From Octopus vulgaris (Eukaryota): a stretch of 64,000 nt of DNA. The notes below the pieces were generated by a model, which was given only the letters and a program-made list of their open reading frames with translations, searched no databases and was not told the DNA's origin. Of this stretch, positions 12,706-26,612 are shown one piece after another (position 1 is the first letter of the stretch; every line of letters begins with the position of its first letter). A program made the translations under genes and the position numbers. The stretch lies in contig OX597835.1 in NCBI GenBank assembly GCA_951406725.2, forward strand, positions 27,962,001-28,026,000. The letters run 5' to 3'.

Positions 12706-13102
12706 TCTCTTATACTCTTTTACTTGTTTCAGTCATTTGACTGTGGCCATGCTGGAGCACCGCCTTTAGTCGAGCAAATCGACCCCAGGACTTATTCTTT
12801 GTAAGCCTAGTACTTATTCTATCGGTCTCTTTGCTGAACTGCTAAGTTATGGGGACCTAAACACACCAGCATCGGTTGTCAAGCGATGTTGGGGGCACAA
12901 ACACAGACACACAAACACACACATATATATACATATATACGATGGGCTTCTTTCAGTTTCCGTCTACCAAATCCACTCACAAGGCTTTGGTCGGCCCGAG
13001 GCTATAGTAGAAGACACTTGCCCAAAGTGCCACGCAGTGGGACTGAACCCAGAACCATGTGGTTGGTATGCAAGCTACTTACCACACAGCCACTCCTGCG
13101 CC
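12706..13102 (-). mobile_element. SINE family A
   Basis: Full-length match to other copies. Confidence 0.9.
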
Positions 13103-13149
13103 TATATTGTATTGTATTATATTACATTATATAATATTATACTATGTCA

Positions 13150-13800
13150 ATGGTCCTCTGCAAAGCAGAAATTTGGACAATGTACAGAGCAATAAAAAGA
13201 AGATAGGTGCCTTTGAGATGTGGGTCTTTTGCAGAGTGGGCAGGAAAGATTAAGCAACAAAAACAGCAATCATCATCATTGTTTGACTGTGGTCGAGACA
13301 ATGGAATTTACTATGTTACGCCAGACCTCACCATCCATCATAGCATTACGGAAGTCCTGTTGATGGATGCCTGTATCCCTGGAGATTACATCAGGGTAGG
13401 AGAGTGTGCACCCTCTGGTATCGTGAGTAGATGGCTTCCAGAGGAGAAGAGCAGAAATTACCTCGTTTTCAGCTCTACAACAATGTCCAGCAAACTGGAC
13501 TCTTCTACCTTTCACAAAAGATGATACAGGTGGTAATTTCCCATATATTTGTACTCTGGTTGGATGACGCTTCCACGAGAGATTTTGAGCTCTCATAAAA
13601 ATAGCAATACTAGAAAAGCTGAAAGCCAAAAGACACCTATTGTCAAGAATAAAGTCCAAAAATTATATTTTATACATGTAATGTGCCAGAGCCATTGTCC
13701 AAGACTATCTTGACAGGACATATGGATGGGAAGAGACCAAAAGGCCAGTCATTTGTGGACTGGTGATATCAAGGAATGGACTAGAAAGAAGAGTGTAGTG
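13150..13800 (+). mobile_element. RTE-clade LINE fragment (plus strand) interrupted by an opposite-strand LINE
   Basis: KKIGAFEMWVFCR before the insertion; ILTGHMDGKRPKG and DIKEWT-like residues after it. Confidence 0.6.
13270..13650 (-). mobile_element. RTE/RTE-X-like LINE 3' fragment (end of RT ORF)
   Basis: NLSWKRHPTRVQIYGKLPPVSSFVKGRRVQFAGHCCRAENEVISALLLWKP...AMMDGEVWRNIV, stop, then a TGA-type tail. Confidence 0.85.
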
Positions 13801-13827
13801 GGAATATTCAGTAATCAGATTGCTATA

Positions 13828-14160
13828 TCATCATCATCATCATCATTTAACGTCCGTTTTCCGTGCTAGCACAGGTTGGATGGTTCGACTGGGGTTTGGG
13901 AAGCCAGGAGGCTGCACCAGGCTCCAGTCTGATCTGGCAGTGTTTCTACAGCTGGATGCCCTTCCTAACGCCAACCACTCCGTGAGTGTAGTGGGTGCTT
14001 TTTACATGCCACCAGCACAGGTGCCAGGGGAGGCTGGCAATGGTCACGATCGGTTGGTGCTTTTTACACGCCACCGGCACGGAATCCAGTCAAGGTGGCG
14101 CTGGCATCGACCACGTTCGGATGGTGCTTTTTATGTGCCACCAGCACAGAAGCCAGTCAA
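13828..14160 (-). mobile_element. Retroposon family C
   Basis: (CAT)n start and family C body with three subrepeats. Confidence 0.8.
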
Positions 14161-14532
14161 GTCATACCCACATGATTGAAAAACTGATCATGACTTTCCT
14201 TAGAACTGCCTTCAGCAACAATTCCATCTTTTCAAGCCTTTCTCTCTGAGCCAATCCAGTACTATAAATTCAATACACATTAGCTACTTGACAGAGAGCT
14301 TGGATAGAGCACTGAAAAACAGTAGAGATAAGATGGCAGACAGATGGCAAACAGACATGGACAACTGCTGACCAAAGCTGATAGCAGCTAAACTATGATA
14401 AAGGATGACGTCAACACCAACAACAAGAACAATAATATTCAAACTCTCTCAATGTTTTGTTGTTCATAGCAATGACAAAAAATGTTTCTTTGTTTACAGA
14501 AAGAACATTTTGCTTATCATATATCTGAACAG

Positions 14533-14796
14533 GTGGTGAGCTGGCAGAATCGTTAGCACGCCAGGCGAAATGCTTTGTGGTATTTCGTCAGCTGCTGTGT
14601 TCTGAGTTCAAATTCTGCCGAGGTCGACTTTGCCTTTCATCCTTTCGGGGTCGATAAATTAAGCACCAGTTACACACTGGGGTCGATAAATTAAGCACCA
14701 GTTACGCACTGGGGTCGATGTAATCAACTTAATCCATTTGTCTGTCCTTGTTTGTCCCCTCTCTGTTTAGCCTCTTGTGGGTAGTAAAGAAAAATA
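14533..14796 (+). mobile_element. SINE family B with TSD
   Basis: 15-bp TSD catatatctgaacag at 14518-14532 and 14797-14811; short internal tandem duplication. Confidence 0.9.
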
Positions 14797-15919
14797 CATA
14801 TATCTGAACAGACATCAATGTTCTTTGTAATAAGGGCCTGGCTGAATGTAGCAGCACACAGCGGAAAGTAGAGAGTTTTGGCCAGCTAACCCCCTGGACA
14901 ATGGAGGGCACATGGCTGATGACAGGATGCAAAAAGCACCTGTCCTGGTGCCACATAAAAGGCACCCATGCTGGCACCTCATGAAAAAGCACCCATGTCA
15001 GCGCTACATAAAAAAGCAGCCAAGCCAGCACCACATAAAAAAGCACCCATGCTTGAGGGAGATTCCACTGCTATTTCTAGCATGCTGCATCACTATGAAG
15101 AGAATTCCTCATTGCAAAGCCCAACTGCAGTGAATCACTGAATCAATAACAAAACCTTGTAGTGAATGTCTTTATATTCAATAAATAATAGAACTGCCAC
15201 AGAAACATTTTCTGCTCTAAAATCTCATTTAGTAGATAAATGAAAGTAACATATACTTTACAAGCCTTTTGATACTAATACACCTGAGACTATCACTTGA
15301 ATTTCTATGGTATAAAGCTTTTAATTTTAAGTATATAAGAGAATCTTTTGTCAAGTTAGGTTTCAAATGCCAATTCTGGTTTTAAATATATCATCATTCT
15401 TTTTAATGTCCATTTTTCCATTCTTGCATGGGTCACATAGAGTTCATCAAGGCAGATTTTCTATGGCTAGATGCCATTCTTATTGCCAACTTTCACCTGT
15501 TTCCAAATATTTCCCTATGGACTGACAGAATATTGGAAATGAATGACACTGCTTGTATAACAGTGACACTCATTTACAACTATCACGTATTGTCAAGATA
15601 AGGGAACATAAATACACACACACATGCATACACATACACATGAGAGGCATCTTTCAGTTTCCATCTAAAAAATCCACCTGCAAAACTTTTGTCACCTTAG
15701 AGCTATGGTAGAAGACACTTGCTTAAGGTGCCATGCAGTGGGGCTGATCCCAAAACTACATTGACTAGGAAGCAAACTTCTTAGTCAGACAGCCATACTT
15801 GGGTCTACACATTAACCAACCCACTTAAGACCACCACTTCTGCTTCTACAATGTAAAACTTCTCATTTTAATGAGTTTTCATTTAAATGAAAACCTTCCC
15901 TCATAATTTTATATATATG

Positions 15920-16282
15920 TATTTCTTTACTATCCACAAGGGGCTAAACACAGAGGGGAAAAAAAAGGACAGACAAACGGAACAAGTCGATTACATCGAC
16001 CCCAGTGTGTAACTGGTACTTAATTTATCAACCCCGAAAGGATGAAAGGCAAAGTCGACCTCAGCGGAATTTGAACTCAGAACGTAACAGCAGACGAAAT
16101 ACCTATTTCTTTATTACCCACAAGGGGCTAAACATAGAGGGGACAAACAAAGACAGACATAGGTTAAGTCGATTACATTGACCCCAGTGCGTAACTGGTA
16201 CTTAATTTATCAACCCCAAAAAGATGAAAGGCAAAGTCGACCTCGGTGGAATTTGAACCCAGAACATAACGGCAGACGAAAT
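15920..16282 (-). mobile_element. SINE family B headless dimer
   Basis: Two body+tail units; flanked by aattttatatata on both sides. Confidence 0.85.
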
Positions 16283-16769
16283 TTTATATATAAGAGCATC
16301 TTTTGTTCAGGTTACATTCCAAACACCAATTTATGGTTTTCAACACAAAACCTCTAATTTTAAGAGGATGGTTATATTTAAATTAAAACCCTAATGTCAT
16401 AATGTTTTTATGAAAAAACACTTTAAGTTATGTTCCAAACACCATCTCTGGTGTTTTCAAGCAAATCTAATTTCAAGTCAGTGCTTGCCATATATTTAAT
16501 TTAAACCCCTTCCATCTTAATTATATGCACAAACCTTTGCGAATTATATTTCAAACAGCAGCTAATAACGAAAAAATGATATTCTAATAAATCCATCAAG
16601 ACTGTTGATTATTTTCAAAACTAATTAAACACACCACCAAAGTATTTCATTAGAAATATTGCCACAAAAGGGTTAAATATTTTAAATCCTTTTGTCAAGA
16701 AAGAAGTAGTTTTATTGGCAAGCCAGTTACTATTTCACATATTTCTTCATCGTCCTCAACCATTACGGT

Positions 16770-17020
16770 AGATTTAAATCTTGGGTATTAGACTTAATTC
16801 TTAGGTTGCAGATCTCATTCTTCAATGGCACATTTAATTCCCGGTTTTCACATTTAATTCTTGGGTCACAGGCTTAATTCTTGGATAGCAGACTTAATTT
16901 TTTTATGGAAGACTTAATTCTTGGTTGGTAGACTTAATTCTAGGGTGGCAGACTTAATTCTATGGCAACAGATTTAATTCTTAAGAGATTTAATTCTTGG
17001 GTGAGATACTTCATTCTAAG
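16770..17020. repeat. Degenerate 20-bp minisatellite
   Basis: About 12 units resembling gcagacttaattcttgggtg. Confidence 0.85.
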
Positions 17021-17464
17021 GCAGTAGAAACATTGTTGTGCTGGAGACATAATTTTGGGATGGCAGACTTTATTCTTAGTTACACAGGTAAACCTCTTCA
17101 TAATTACCATTATAAAATAAAATATAGCATGAATCCTGGAGCAAGGCACCACAACCCCACAAGCACTGGTATGATGATAAAGAGCATTCTGTGAAGTGAT
17201 GGTTGAGTAGATGCAGACATCATAAAGTGAAGAGGTCCTTTAGTATTGTCCTAGCAGGAATATGAAAACATTTTCAGTGCTGGTACCATGGTAAACTGTG
17301 CCCAGAACACTCTGAAGGTGTTGGTTAATGTGAAAGACTATCAGGAAAACCCTTTACTCTTATCCAATTGAGAATGTGACATGTCTAGTGCTGGTGCCAT
17401 GAAAATATAAATACATCCAACACATTCTGTCTGTAAAGCAGCTGGTACTTGGATGGGCAATTAA

Positions 17465-17695
17465 GGCGACGAGCTAGCAGAAACGTTAGCAGGCCGGGCG
17501 AAATGCTTTGCGGTACTTCGTCTGCCGTTACATTGTGAGTTCAAATTCCGCCGAGGTCGACTTTGCCTTTCATCCTTTCGGGGTCGATAAATTAAGTACC
17601 AGTTACGCACTGGGGTCAATGTAATCGACATAATACCTATGTCTGTCCTTGTTTGTCCCCTCTATGTTTAGCCCCTTGTGGGTAATAAAGAAATA
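17465..17695 (+). mobile_element. SINE family B with TSD
   Basis: 16-bp TSD ggtacttggatgggca at 17444-17459 and 17696-17711. Confidence 0.9.
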
Positions 17696-19099
17696 GGTAC
17701 TTGGATGGGCATCAACACCAACACCAACAAACCACATTTTGATTGCTGCTACACCAACAAGAACAACAATATTCAAACTCTCTCAATCTTTTATTGTTCA
17801 TAGCAATAAATTAAGCACCAGTTACGCACTGGGGTCGATGTAATCGACTTAATCCATTCGTCTGTCCTTGTTTGTCCCCTCTGTGTTTAGCCCTTTGTGG
17901 GTAGTAAAGAAAAATACATATATCTGAACAGACATCAATGTTCTTTGTAATAAGGGCCTGGCTGAATGTAGCAGCACACAGCGGAAAGTAAGAGTGTTTT
18001 GGCCAGCTAAACCCCTGGACAATGGAGGGCACCTGGCTGATGACAGAATGTAAAAAGCACCTGTCCTGGTGCCACATAAAAGGCACCCATGCTGGCACCT
18101 CATGAAAAAGCACCCTTGTCAGCGCTACATAAAAAAGCAGTAGAGTCTACGGCAAATAAAAACAGACAAGAATCATGGGTGATCCCTTGACCATATCAAG
18201 GAGCGCTGTGACACAAACAAGAACTGCCTTGGACTGTGATGGCTTGTCCAACTTATGCTAGCATGGAAGGTAGATATACAATGATGATGGTGATGATGAA
18301 GAACCAGTAACTTGTTCATTGGAAACTTTTAACAAACAACACCATTGTTCACTAACGGAGATATAAAACAAATTAATTCATTAACAAAGCACTCTTTAAT
18401 TATACAGCACTTTTGCTACTCACATGTGAGAGCTATACCTGTTTATTTGTAAATTTACTTATTTACTTATAAGCAAGATATAAAAAAAAAAACAAAAAAA
18501 AAAATTGTCTATGAACATAATGCAGCACTGGCCAAGTAATTTTATACCAAAAAATCGACTTTGGCCAACTATGACCCTGCTGTGTGAATAAATTTTGAAA
18601 TTCTTGAACTCAAACGGCTGGTTGCCAAAATTTGGGAAGTCTAAGTTGCTTTCACTGTAGAGCTCCAGAGAGTTGATTTACCTCCATCAATTTTTATATT
18701 GAAATAAAGCAAAAGAAGTCCTCTTTGTGACTAACTTTTTCAACACTCATCGAGTTACAGTGCTTCATTGCACCGAACAAGAATGAGTGCTACCATTCAG
18801 CTGTCAAAACCAAAAATGGGACAAATGTTGTGAATGGGTGGAAACACAATGGTAATAGAAGGGACCTAGTATGATATGTACATGTCAGATTTTGATTAAA
18901 AGCATATGAGAAGAAAGTTCACATTTAGAACTTTCAAATAATATATAATTGTTCCTGGAGAAAATGTATTTTTAAATGAAAATGATCAAGCAAAAAGTGG
19001 GTTTCTGTGTGGTCAACCCATGTGTGTTGTCTCTTCTACAGAGCTCTACAAGAATGCCTATTAAACTTACAGAGAGGGTTCAGTTTTATAACCAGTATC

Positions 19100-19600
19100 A
19101 GGCATGAGAGTGGCTGTGTGGTAAGTAGTTGCGAAACTGGTACTTTTATTTATCGACCCCAAAAGGATGAAAGGCAAAGTCGACCTCGGCGGAATTTGAA
19201 CTCAGAACGTAACGACAGACGAAATACCAACCACATGATTCCGGGTTCACTCCCACTGCATGGCACCTTGGGCAAGAGTCTTCTACTATAGCCTCGGGCC
19301 AACCAGAGCCTTGTGAGTGGATTTGGTAGACGGAAACTGAAAGAAGCCCGTCGTATATATATGTATATGTATATGTGTGTATATGTTTGTGCGTCTGTGT
19401 TTGTCCCCCTAGCATTGCTTGACAATCGATGCTGGTGTGTTTACGTCCTCCGTAACTTAGTGGTTCAGCAAAAGAAACCAATAGAATAAGTACTAGGCTT
19501 CCAAAGAATAAGTCCTTGGGTCAATTTGCTCGACTAAAAGGCGTTGCTCCAGCATGGCTACAGTCAAATGACTGAAACAAGTAAAAGAGAAAAGAGAAAG
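19100..19600 (+). mobile_element. SINE family A with an inverted family B fragment in its head
   Basis: A head interrupted at about 19132-19227 by a reverse-strand B body. Confidence 0.85.
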
Positions 19601-20379
19601 ATATCAAAACTGAGCCCCTTACAGATAATGGATCACAAAATAACCAAATCCGAAAATGCATAAAAAGGGATGAAACAAATCATACATTTTCAAAAATATT
19701 TTTTTCACTAAAAGCTTCTCCTCGTCATTTTCAAGGGTGTGGAGAAAAAAAGATTGGAAAAATCCCTGTCAAAACAGAGAAAATCTAACTTCTGTGGACA
19801 TTCTGATCTAAAACTCTACCATTTAATCGGTTATAGCTATTTTCAAAAGTCCATTAAAATTTTATTGACATGGTGTCATGTCCCAAAATCTTAGAATTTA
19901 TTTAGTTCTGTACCTACAACAAATGTGCCAAAACTCAAGTCACTGTGGCTTGTACTTTTGGATTTAGGTAGGTCTGAAAATATGTGCAAAGTTTACACTT
20001 GTGTTATGAAATCAACTGTTTGTTACATGCAACAAAATAGGTTTTACATAAATATCTAAAAAATTGTAAAAAAAAAAAAGTTTTATTTTCAAGATCCTGA
20101 AAACAGAGAGCCAACAGCTATCCAATGGACACTAATTAATTTGTGTAATTTGAAGATGATTATCAACTCAGTTTCAAAGATATAACATCACATATATGGC
20201 TAATTATTCATTTAGGCCTAATTAAGCAAGAATTAAACCAATTCGTTGACCACTCACATTGTCATATTTCATCCAAATTTCACAAATGGAGTATCAAAAT
20301 GTTTCTTTTTGGATTCTCTCCAATAAAAAGTACAGTAGAAGTTGGATTCAAATGTTTTCAAAAATTCATTTTCAAAAAT

Positions 20380-20787
20380 TCTCTTTTACTCTTTTACTTG
20401 TTTCAGTCATTTGACTGTGGCTATGCTGGAGCACCGCTTCTAGTCGAGTAAATCAACCCCAGGACTTATTCTTTGTAAGCCTAGTACTTATTCTATCAGT
20501 CTCTTTTGCCGAACTGCAAAGTTACGGGTGATGTAAACACACCAGCATCGGTTGTCAAGCGATGTTGTGGGGACAAACACAGACATACAAACATATACAC
20601 ACACATATACATATATATATATATACGATGGGCTTCTTTCAGTTTCCGTCTACCAAATCCACTGACAAGGCTTTGGTCGGCCCGAGGCTATAGTAGAAGA
20701 CACTTGCCCAAGGTGCCACACAGTGGGACTGAACCCGGAACCATGTAGTTGGAAAACAAGCTACTTACCACACAGCCACTCCTACGC
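20380..20787 (-). mobile_element. SINE family A
   Basis: Full-length match. Confidence 0.9.
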
Positions 20788-21390
20788 CACACTAAGAACA
20801 AATAATTTGAAAATTATTGTCTCAAGCCAGATAATCAAAATTGATAGTCAATACATATCAGCATGAATACAGATTTTATGAGTAACTCAAGCAAAATATT
20901 GCTGGTTGTAGTGAGAATGTAATAAATATTGATTTCTTCCACATGCACATGACCACAAATTTGGTGGGGGAATAGGAATGGTTGATTGTATGGACCCAAC
21001 ACTAAATTGGTACTGTATTTTATTTTATTGATTCCGTAGTAACAAAGGGCAAAACTTATCAAAGCTGGGTTTGAACTCAGAATGTGAAGGGCCATAACTA
21101 AATGCCACGAGGCATTTTGTCTGACTCTCTAACAATTCTGCCAATCCATAAATTAATATTACAAGGCACAGGTATGGCTGTATGGTAAGAAGATTGCCTC
21201 CCAACCATAGAGTTCTGGGTTCAGTCCTGTTGTGTAGCACCTTGATCAAGTGTCTTATAATATAGCCTCAAGCCAACCAAAGCCTTAGAGTGGATTTGGT
21301 AGACAGAAGCTGAAAGTAGACTATCATATGTGTATGCATGCATAGATACATACATACATACATACATTCATATATACACACACACACACA

Positions 21391-22141
21391 CAGGGTGACC
21401 CAAAAGTCACTGAGGGATTGCAATTTTTGGTGATTCTTTTATTTTTTGATGTTTTTCTTTCCTTTTCAGGGATTTTATCGACTACATTCTTGAAAGTAAT
21501 TATAGAAAAGTATGGCATTGCACAATGCACCCAAGCTCTGTCAAACTCAGGGGCCAATTATTCAAATCCAGAGAGCATATTGTTTGCGTCTTCAAGTGGG
21601 AGATGCTCCAAGTGAAAACACAATTAGGAACTTAGTTCATTGTTTTGAAAAACAAGGGACAGTAAGTGATCTCCCACAATCTGAGAGTCTTTGCACTGTC
21701 AGAACCGATGAGGCAAGTGAACGAGGGTGAGAGAGTAATGAACAGAATCCAGCCACATCGACTTGAAGGCAGTCCAGACAGCATGGGATTTCATAAATTT
21801 CACTGCAAAGAGTTCTCAGCAGCCTAAACCTTTTTCCATACAAGGTACAGTTGGTTCGACAGTTGAAGTTTCAGGTCTATGAACACAGGTTCCAATATGC
21901 CGTCAGAATCCAGGAATTGGCACGAAATGACCCAAATTTAATCCCAAAATTGATCATGGGATTGCACTTAGGCGCAGGAGTGGCTGTGTGGTAAGTAGCT
22001 TGTTTACCAACCACATGGTTCCGGGTCCAGTCCCACTGCATGGCACCTTGGGCAGGTGTCTTCTACTATAGCCTCGGGCCAACCAAAGCCTTGTGAGTGG
22101 ATTTGGTAGACGGAAACTGAAAGAAGCCCGTCGTATATATG

Positions 22142-22179
<38 letters not shown>

Positions 22180-22707
22180 TGTGTGTGTTTGTGTGTCTGT
22201 GTTTATCCCCCTAGCATTGCTTGACAACCGATGCTGGAGTGTTTATGTCCCCGTTACTTAGCGGTTCGGCAAAAGAGACCGATAGAATAAGTACTGGGCT
22301 TACAAAAGAATAAGTCCTGGGGTCAAGTTGCTCGATTAAAGGCGGTGCTCCAGCATGGCCACAGTTAAATGACTGAAACAAGTAAAAGAGAAAGAGAAAA
22401 AGAGAATGTCTGAGAAAGCTCACTAACATTTGAATGGGATCATCAACAGACAAAATTTCTGGTTTTGGGGCTCTTAGAATCCAAGAACACCACACCAAAG
22501 AGACTTGCACCCCAGAAAGCGTGAAGCTGAAAATGGACGCCATTTAAAAGATGTCATTTTTCATATTGTAATGCAGAGGTATGATGAAAAAGGAATTATG
22601 CAAATTAATCTCCATTATCTTCTCTATATTGAATTAAAATTTCATACAAATAAAAATAAGGGTGTTATGAAAATTCAAAACACATCAGTGACTTCTGGGC
22701 CACTCTG
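21391..22707 (+). mobile_element. Internally deleted Tc1/mariner transposon with both TIRs
   Basis: TIRs cagggtgacccaaaagtcactga and tcagtgacttctgggccactctg; relic APSENTIRNLVHCFEKQGTVSDLP...LNLFPYKVQLVRQL...LNGIINRQNFWFWGS...ENGRHLKDVIFH. Confidence 0.9.
21971..22405 (+). mobile_element. SINE family A nested in the mariner relic
   Basis: Near-consensus full-length copy. Confidence 0.9.
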
Positions 22708-23011
22708 TGTGTGTATGTGTATAAAGTTTCAAAAGGAAAGAGGTTGCCCTTTCACAGGGATGTATTTTATCCAAATGTACACAGGTTAATATACTTAGAA
22801 TTTCATTAATTTGTTTTTATATTAATGCTAACACTTATGAAGTTCCAATTGTCATTATAGATGTTTGCATCCATTCAATATAGAACAGAATTTTAATAAT
22901 ATAATATAAGGAAAACAGAGAGTTTGAACACAGAAAAAATGACTATTATATAAATTGATTTTTTCTGAGTTCAAGCTCTCCATTTCCCTATACTATATTC
23001 TATATATATAT

Positions 23012-24100
23012 GGCGAGCTGGCAGACACGTTAGCACGCCGGGCGGAATGCTTAGCGGTATTTCATCTGTCGTTACGTTCTGAGTTCAAATTCCGCTGAGT
23101 TCGACTTTGCCTTTCATCCTTTCGGGGTCGATAAATAAAAGTACCAGTTTCGCACTGGGGTCGATGTAATCGACTTAATCCCTTTGTCTGTCCTTGTTTG
23201 TCCTCTCTATGTTTAGCCCCTTGTGGGCAATAAAGAAATATATATATATATATATAAGCACAGGAGGGGCTGTGTGGTGCAGGAGGGGCTGTGTGGTGCA
23301 GGAGTGGCTGTGTGGTTAGAAGCTTGTTTCCAAACCACATGGTTCCGGGTTCAGCCCCACTGCGTGGGACCTTGGGCAAGTCGTCTTCTACTACAGCTTC
23401 AGGTCAACTAAAGCCTTGTGAGTGGATTTGGTACACAGACACAGAAAAATATGTTTTCAAAATGCCATGCAGCAGACCGAACTTAAAACTACATGGTTGC
23501 ATAGGTGCAATTCTAATCACACAGCGTAAAGAGTAAAGACCCTCTTCGGTCATGAATGACCATGGGATTGCACTTAGCAAGTTCCTCTCTGAGGCACAAG
23601 TCCAAGCAAGGTTGTTTATGGAAGACCAGCAGCCGCCCATGCATACCAGCCTCCCCTTTCCATGCCATTATGTGTGCATAGGGTAAAGAGTAAAGACCCC
23701 ATTTTGGTCATGAATAACCGAGCAAGTTCCCTTCAGAGGCACAAGTCCGGGCAAGGCCATGAATGTTATCCAAGGGAAAGGCAAAGGCTGATACAGCTTG
23801 GCACCAGTGATGTTGCCAAGCAGACTCATTTCTACATCTAAGTGAAATGAAGCAATGTGAAAATAAAATGTCTTGCTCAAGAACACAAGACACAGCATAG
23901 TCCGGGAATCGAACTCACTACCACATGATTGTGTTAGCCTGATACTCTAACCACTGAGCCATGTGCCTTCTTATAGAAAGCTCTGGTCGACCTGAGGCTA
24001 TAGTAGAAGACACTTGCCTGAGATGCCATGCAGTGGGATTGAACTTGCAACGATGTGGCTGAAAAGCAACCTCTTCATCACATACATGCCTGCATCTATG
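23012..24100. mobile_element. SINE cluster: B (+, 23012-23240), partial A with triplicated head (+, 23258-23445), another tRNA-derived SINE (-, about 23520-23970), partial A (-)
   Basis: Matches to other copies; the third has gtcttgctcaagaacac...gggaatcgaac...ccactgagcc, also seen at about 29810, 48950 and 58560. Confidence 0.75.
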
Positions 24101-24469
24101 ACAGTTACACTGCACCTACAGAACATGCATAATACATACTAAATATAAAATATTTCTATGTATAGGGTCATTTGACCTGCTGGAAATAGCAGCCATATTT
24201 CCCTGAAATCACTCTTTATCATCATTTAAAAAAAAGGAACGATTGAATAATATAGTCCAAGGTGTACTACATCAAAAAATAATAAAATGGTTAAGGCTAA
24301 AATGCTTTTGGTCATATGTCTGCACAATTAAAGTACATTTGGAGCCTAACAACAACAATTATCTAATTAGATAAAGATCAACGTTAGAATCCAACACCAT
24401 TCACATTTAGAAATGGAATATTATTCTTTTTAAACATAAACTTGTTGTTTTTAATCTTTTTCTACTTGC

Positions 24470-24850
24470 TGATTCTAGAGAAAGGGCAGTGGAGTGCAGT
24501 GCCCTTGACCTTCACCAATGCAGTGGCCTTGGCCTTTGCAAGCTCTCCAAGACTTGGTGACATGGTTTTGATGTTGTTGGCATTTGGCTTAAATTTACAG
24601 AGAAGATATGAGCAGGGATAAGATTTCAGAGAGCTGATATCCGGGGAAGAATGGAGTGGACATAGTAATTAGTGTAGAGTCAGTAAGGGTGGTCACAATG
24701 AGGGTAACAAGAGGTGGAACAATGAACAGGCTGGAGGTACCTGGGCAGTGGAGTTACAAAACAATAGTAAAAACAGAGAAGAAACAGAATATCTGTAAGC
24801 CAGGGGATGGAGGCAATCTATAAGTGATTAAATGTCAATCAATCTGGTGT
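24470..24850 (-). mobile_element. Old Jockey/CR1-group LINE 3' fragment
   Basis: Decayed minus-strand translation LHPLAYRYSVSSL...TNYYVHSILPRISAL*NL, resembling the C-terminus of such RT ORFs. Confidence 0.5.
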
Positions 24851-24938
24851 TAAGTGTTATAGCTTGCACTGGTGGGAGTGGCTTATGCATGCATAATACA
24901 TACACACACACACACGCGCGAGCGCACGCATATATATA

Positions 24939-25316
24939 AAATACAAAATGGGACAAGAGCGCAAAACATCCGGACAACGAGGTGATACAAAAAGGGACAA
25001 CAAAACATCCAGAAAGACGATACAAAAAAAACAAGGATGGGTCATTCAAAGCTATCTATCCTCAGTTTAGAACCGGATCATCCTTGCAATTTCGGCTGAC
25101 TAATCTTGAGATTGCTCCAATCTGGCCAGCCCCAAGGAAAAACTAAGCTAAGAGTATTAAATTCCTTGGAAGAAAGCATCGAATGTATACAAAAACAAGG
25201 ACGGAAAAACAGACTATGTTACATGAATATAAATACAAAATACAATAAAAATAATAATAATAATATAAAATAAAAATAATGTCCGGATGTTTTGCGTTCT
25301 TGTCCCATTTTGATTT
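24939..25316. mobile_element. Repeat with about 38-bp inverted ends (possible Penelope-like relic); related piece at 5909-6035
   Basis: caaaatgggacaagagcgcaaaacatccggaca and tgtccggatgttttgcgttcttgtcccattttg; lies within AT microsatellite. Confidence 0.55.
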
Positions 25317-25588
25317 ATATATATATATATATTTTTATATACTTACATACTCTCATTAATGACCTGTAGGGACACCATATTTTGTTATCCAACCACAATA
25401 ATACACAACAGTATACTAAACGTTTTTATAAGTTAATACTATGTTCTACTGTGTTAGCAGTGTTGCTACATCACTTGCTAAGGTTATCTCTACAGATAAT
25501 ATATATATTCTTTTATTCTTTTATATGTTTCAGCCCTAAAGCTATAGCTATGCTGGGTCACCGCCAGCATAACCACCTTTTTAAAAGG

Positions 25589-25921
25589 CACCAGGTCATA
25601 GTGCTAGTGCATGCATATACAGCTGCGTGCATGTGCACATACACGCGAGTACTGTCCAAATCTCTGATCAATCACATACAGCTAGCTGGCATTCAATTGG
25701 CATATCAAGTTTCAGGCATTTTGATTGGGTTTGGGATAGAAAATTCACAAAAAAAGTCACTTCTATTGATTATTTTAATGGCTTTGCGGGATGACTGGGA
25801 AAATGTAAAGATGTGCACGACCACCCGTGGACAGTTTTGAATGACCATAGAAAGTGTGAGCCCTCTAACTGAAAAATTGTGGATTTGTATAAAGGACACG
25901 CACACACACAGACATTTTGCC

Positions 25922-25930
<9 letters not shown>
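25589..25930 (-). mobile_element. Non-autonomous Helitron (copy of 11060-11428, 3' hairpin partly lost)
   Basis: High identity to 11079-11420. Confidence 0.8.
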
Positions 25931-25957
<27 letters not shown>

Positions 25958-26612
25958 TATTATAAAAGGCAGATTTTATCTGCCTCCCTTTGGGAGTTAT
26001 ACAAATCTACAATATAGGATTTCTTCAATTACAATTTACCTAGCAGTTTTAAGAGTACAATGCATCGCGTCATGCCAGGTCCAGTTTTTAAAATTTAAAC
26101 TCCAATTAAGCAAAATTTACAGAAAACTCACATTCTGGTGTGTGTGTCAAATGCTTTTCTTAGTCTGGTTTACACCACACGCAAACGCACACACACAGTG
26201 GGCAAGGAATAAAATGAAAGTAATTCACTTACTGTAGTGAGTGATTCTTTCACTCTGCCTCCCACTTCCTCTTTACACACATAGAAAAAACTTTTATTTT
26301 TTTACATAAGTAATGAGAGCGAAAGAGACTAAGAGAAAGCGATTGTATGACGAGGGAAGTTCCTTTGAAGTTACCGTGCATGGGACTCATTGATGTACAT
26401 GTTGTGTGTGTGTGTGTGTTTGATGGAGTGTGGGAGACAGACAGTATGTTGTGTAAGTGAAGTGCTTCTGTTAGTGTGTGTGAAGAGACAGAGAGAGTAA
26501 TGTGTGAAAGAGAGAGATAACTGAAATTTTTTACTCGGTTTATGTGTATATGTATGTATGCATGTATGTGTGTGTGTGTGTGTGTGTATGTATGTGTGTG
26601 TGTATGTATGTA

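Noticed and set aside
16770-17020. Regularly spaced ttaattct motif resembling a CRISPR array
   Set aside because: 20-bp period with no unique spacers, eukaryotic context and no cas genes; a minisatellite
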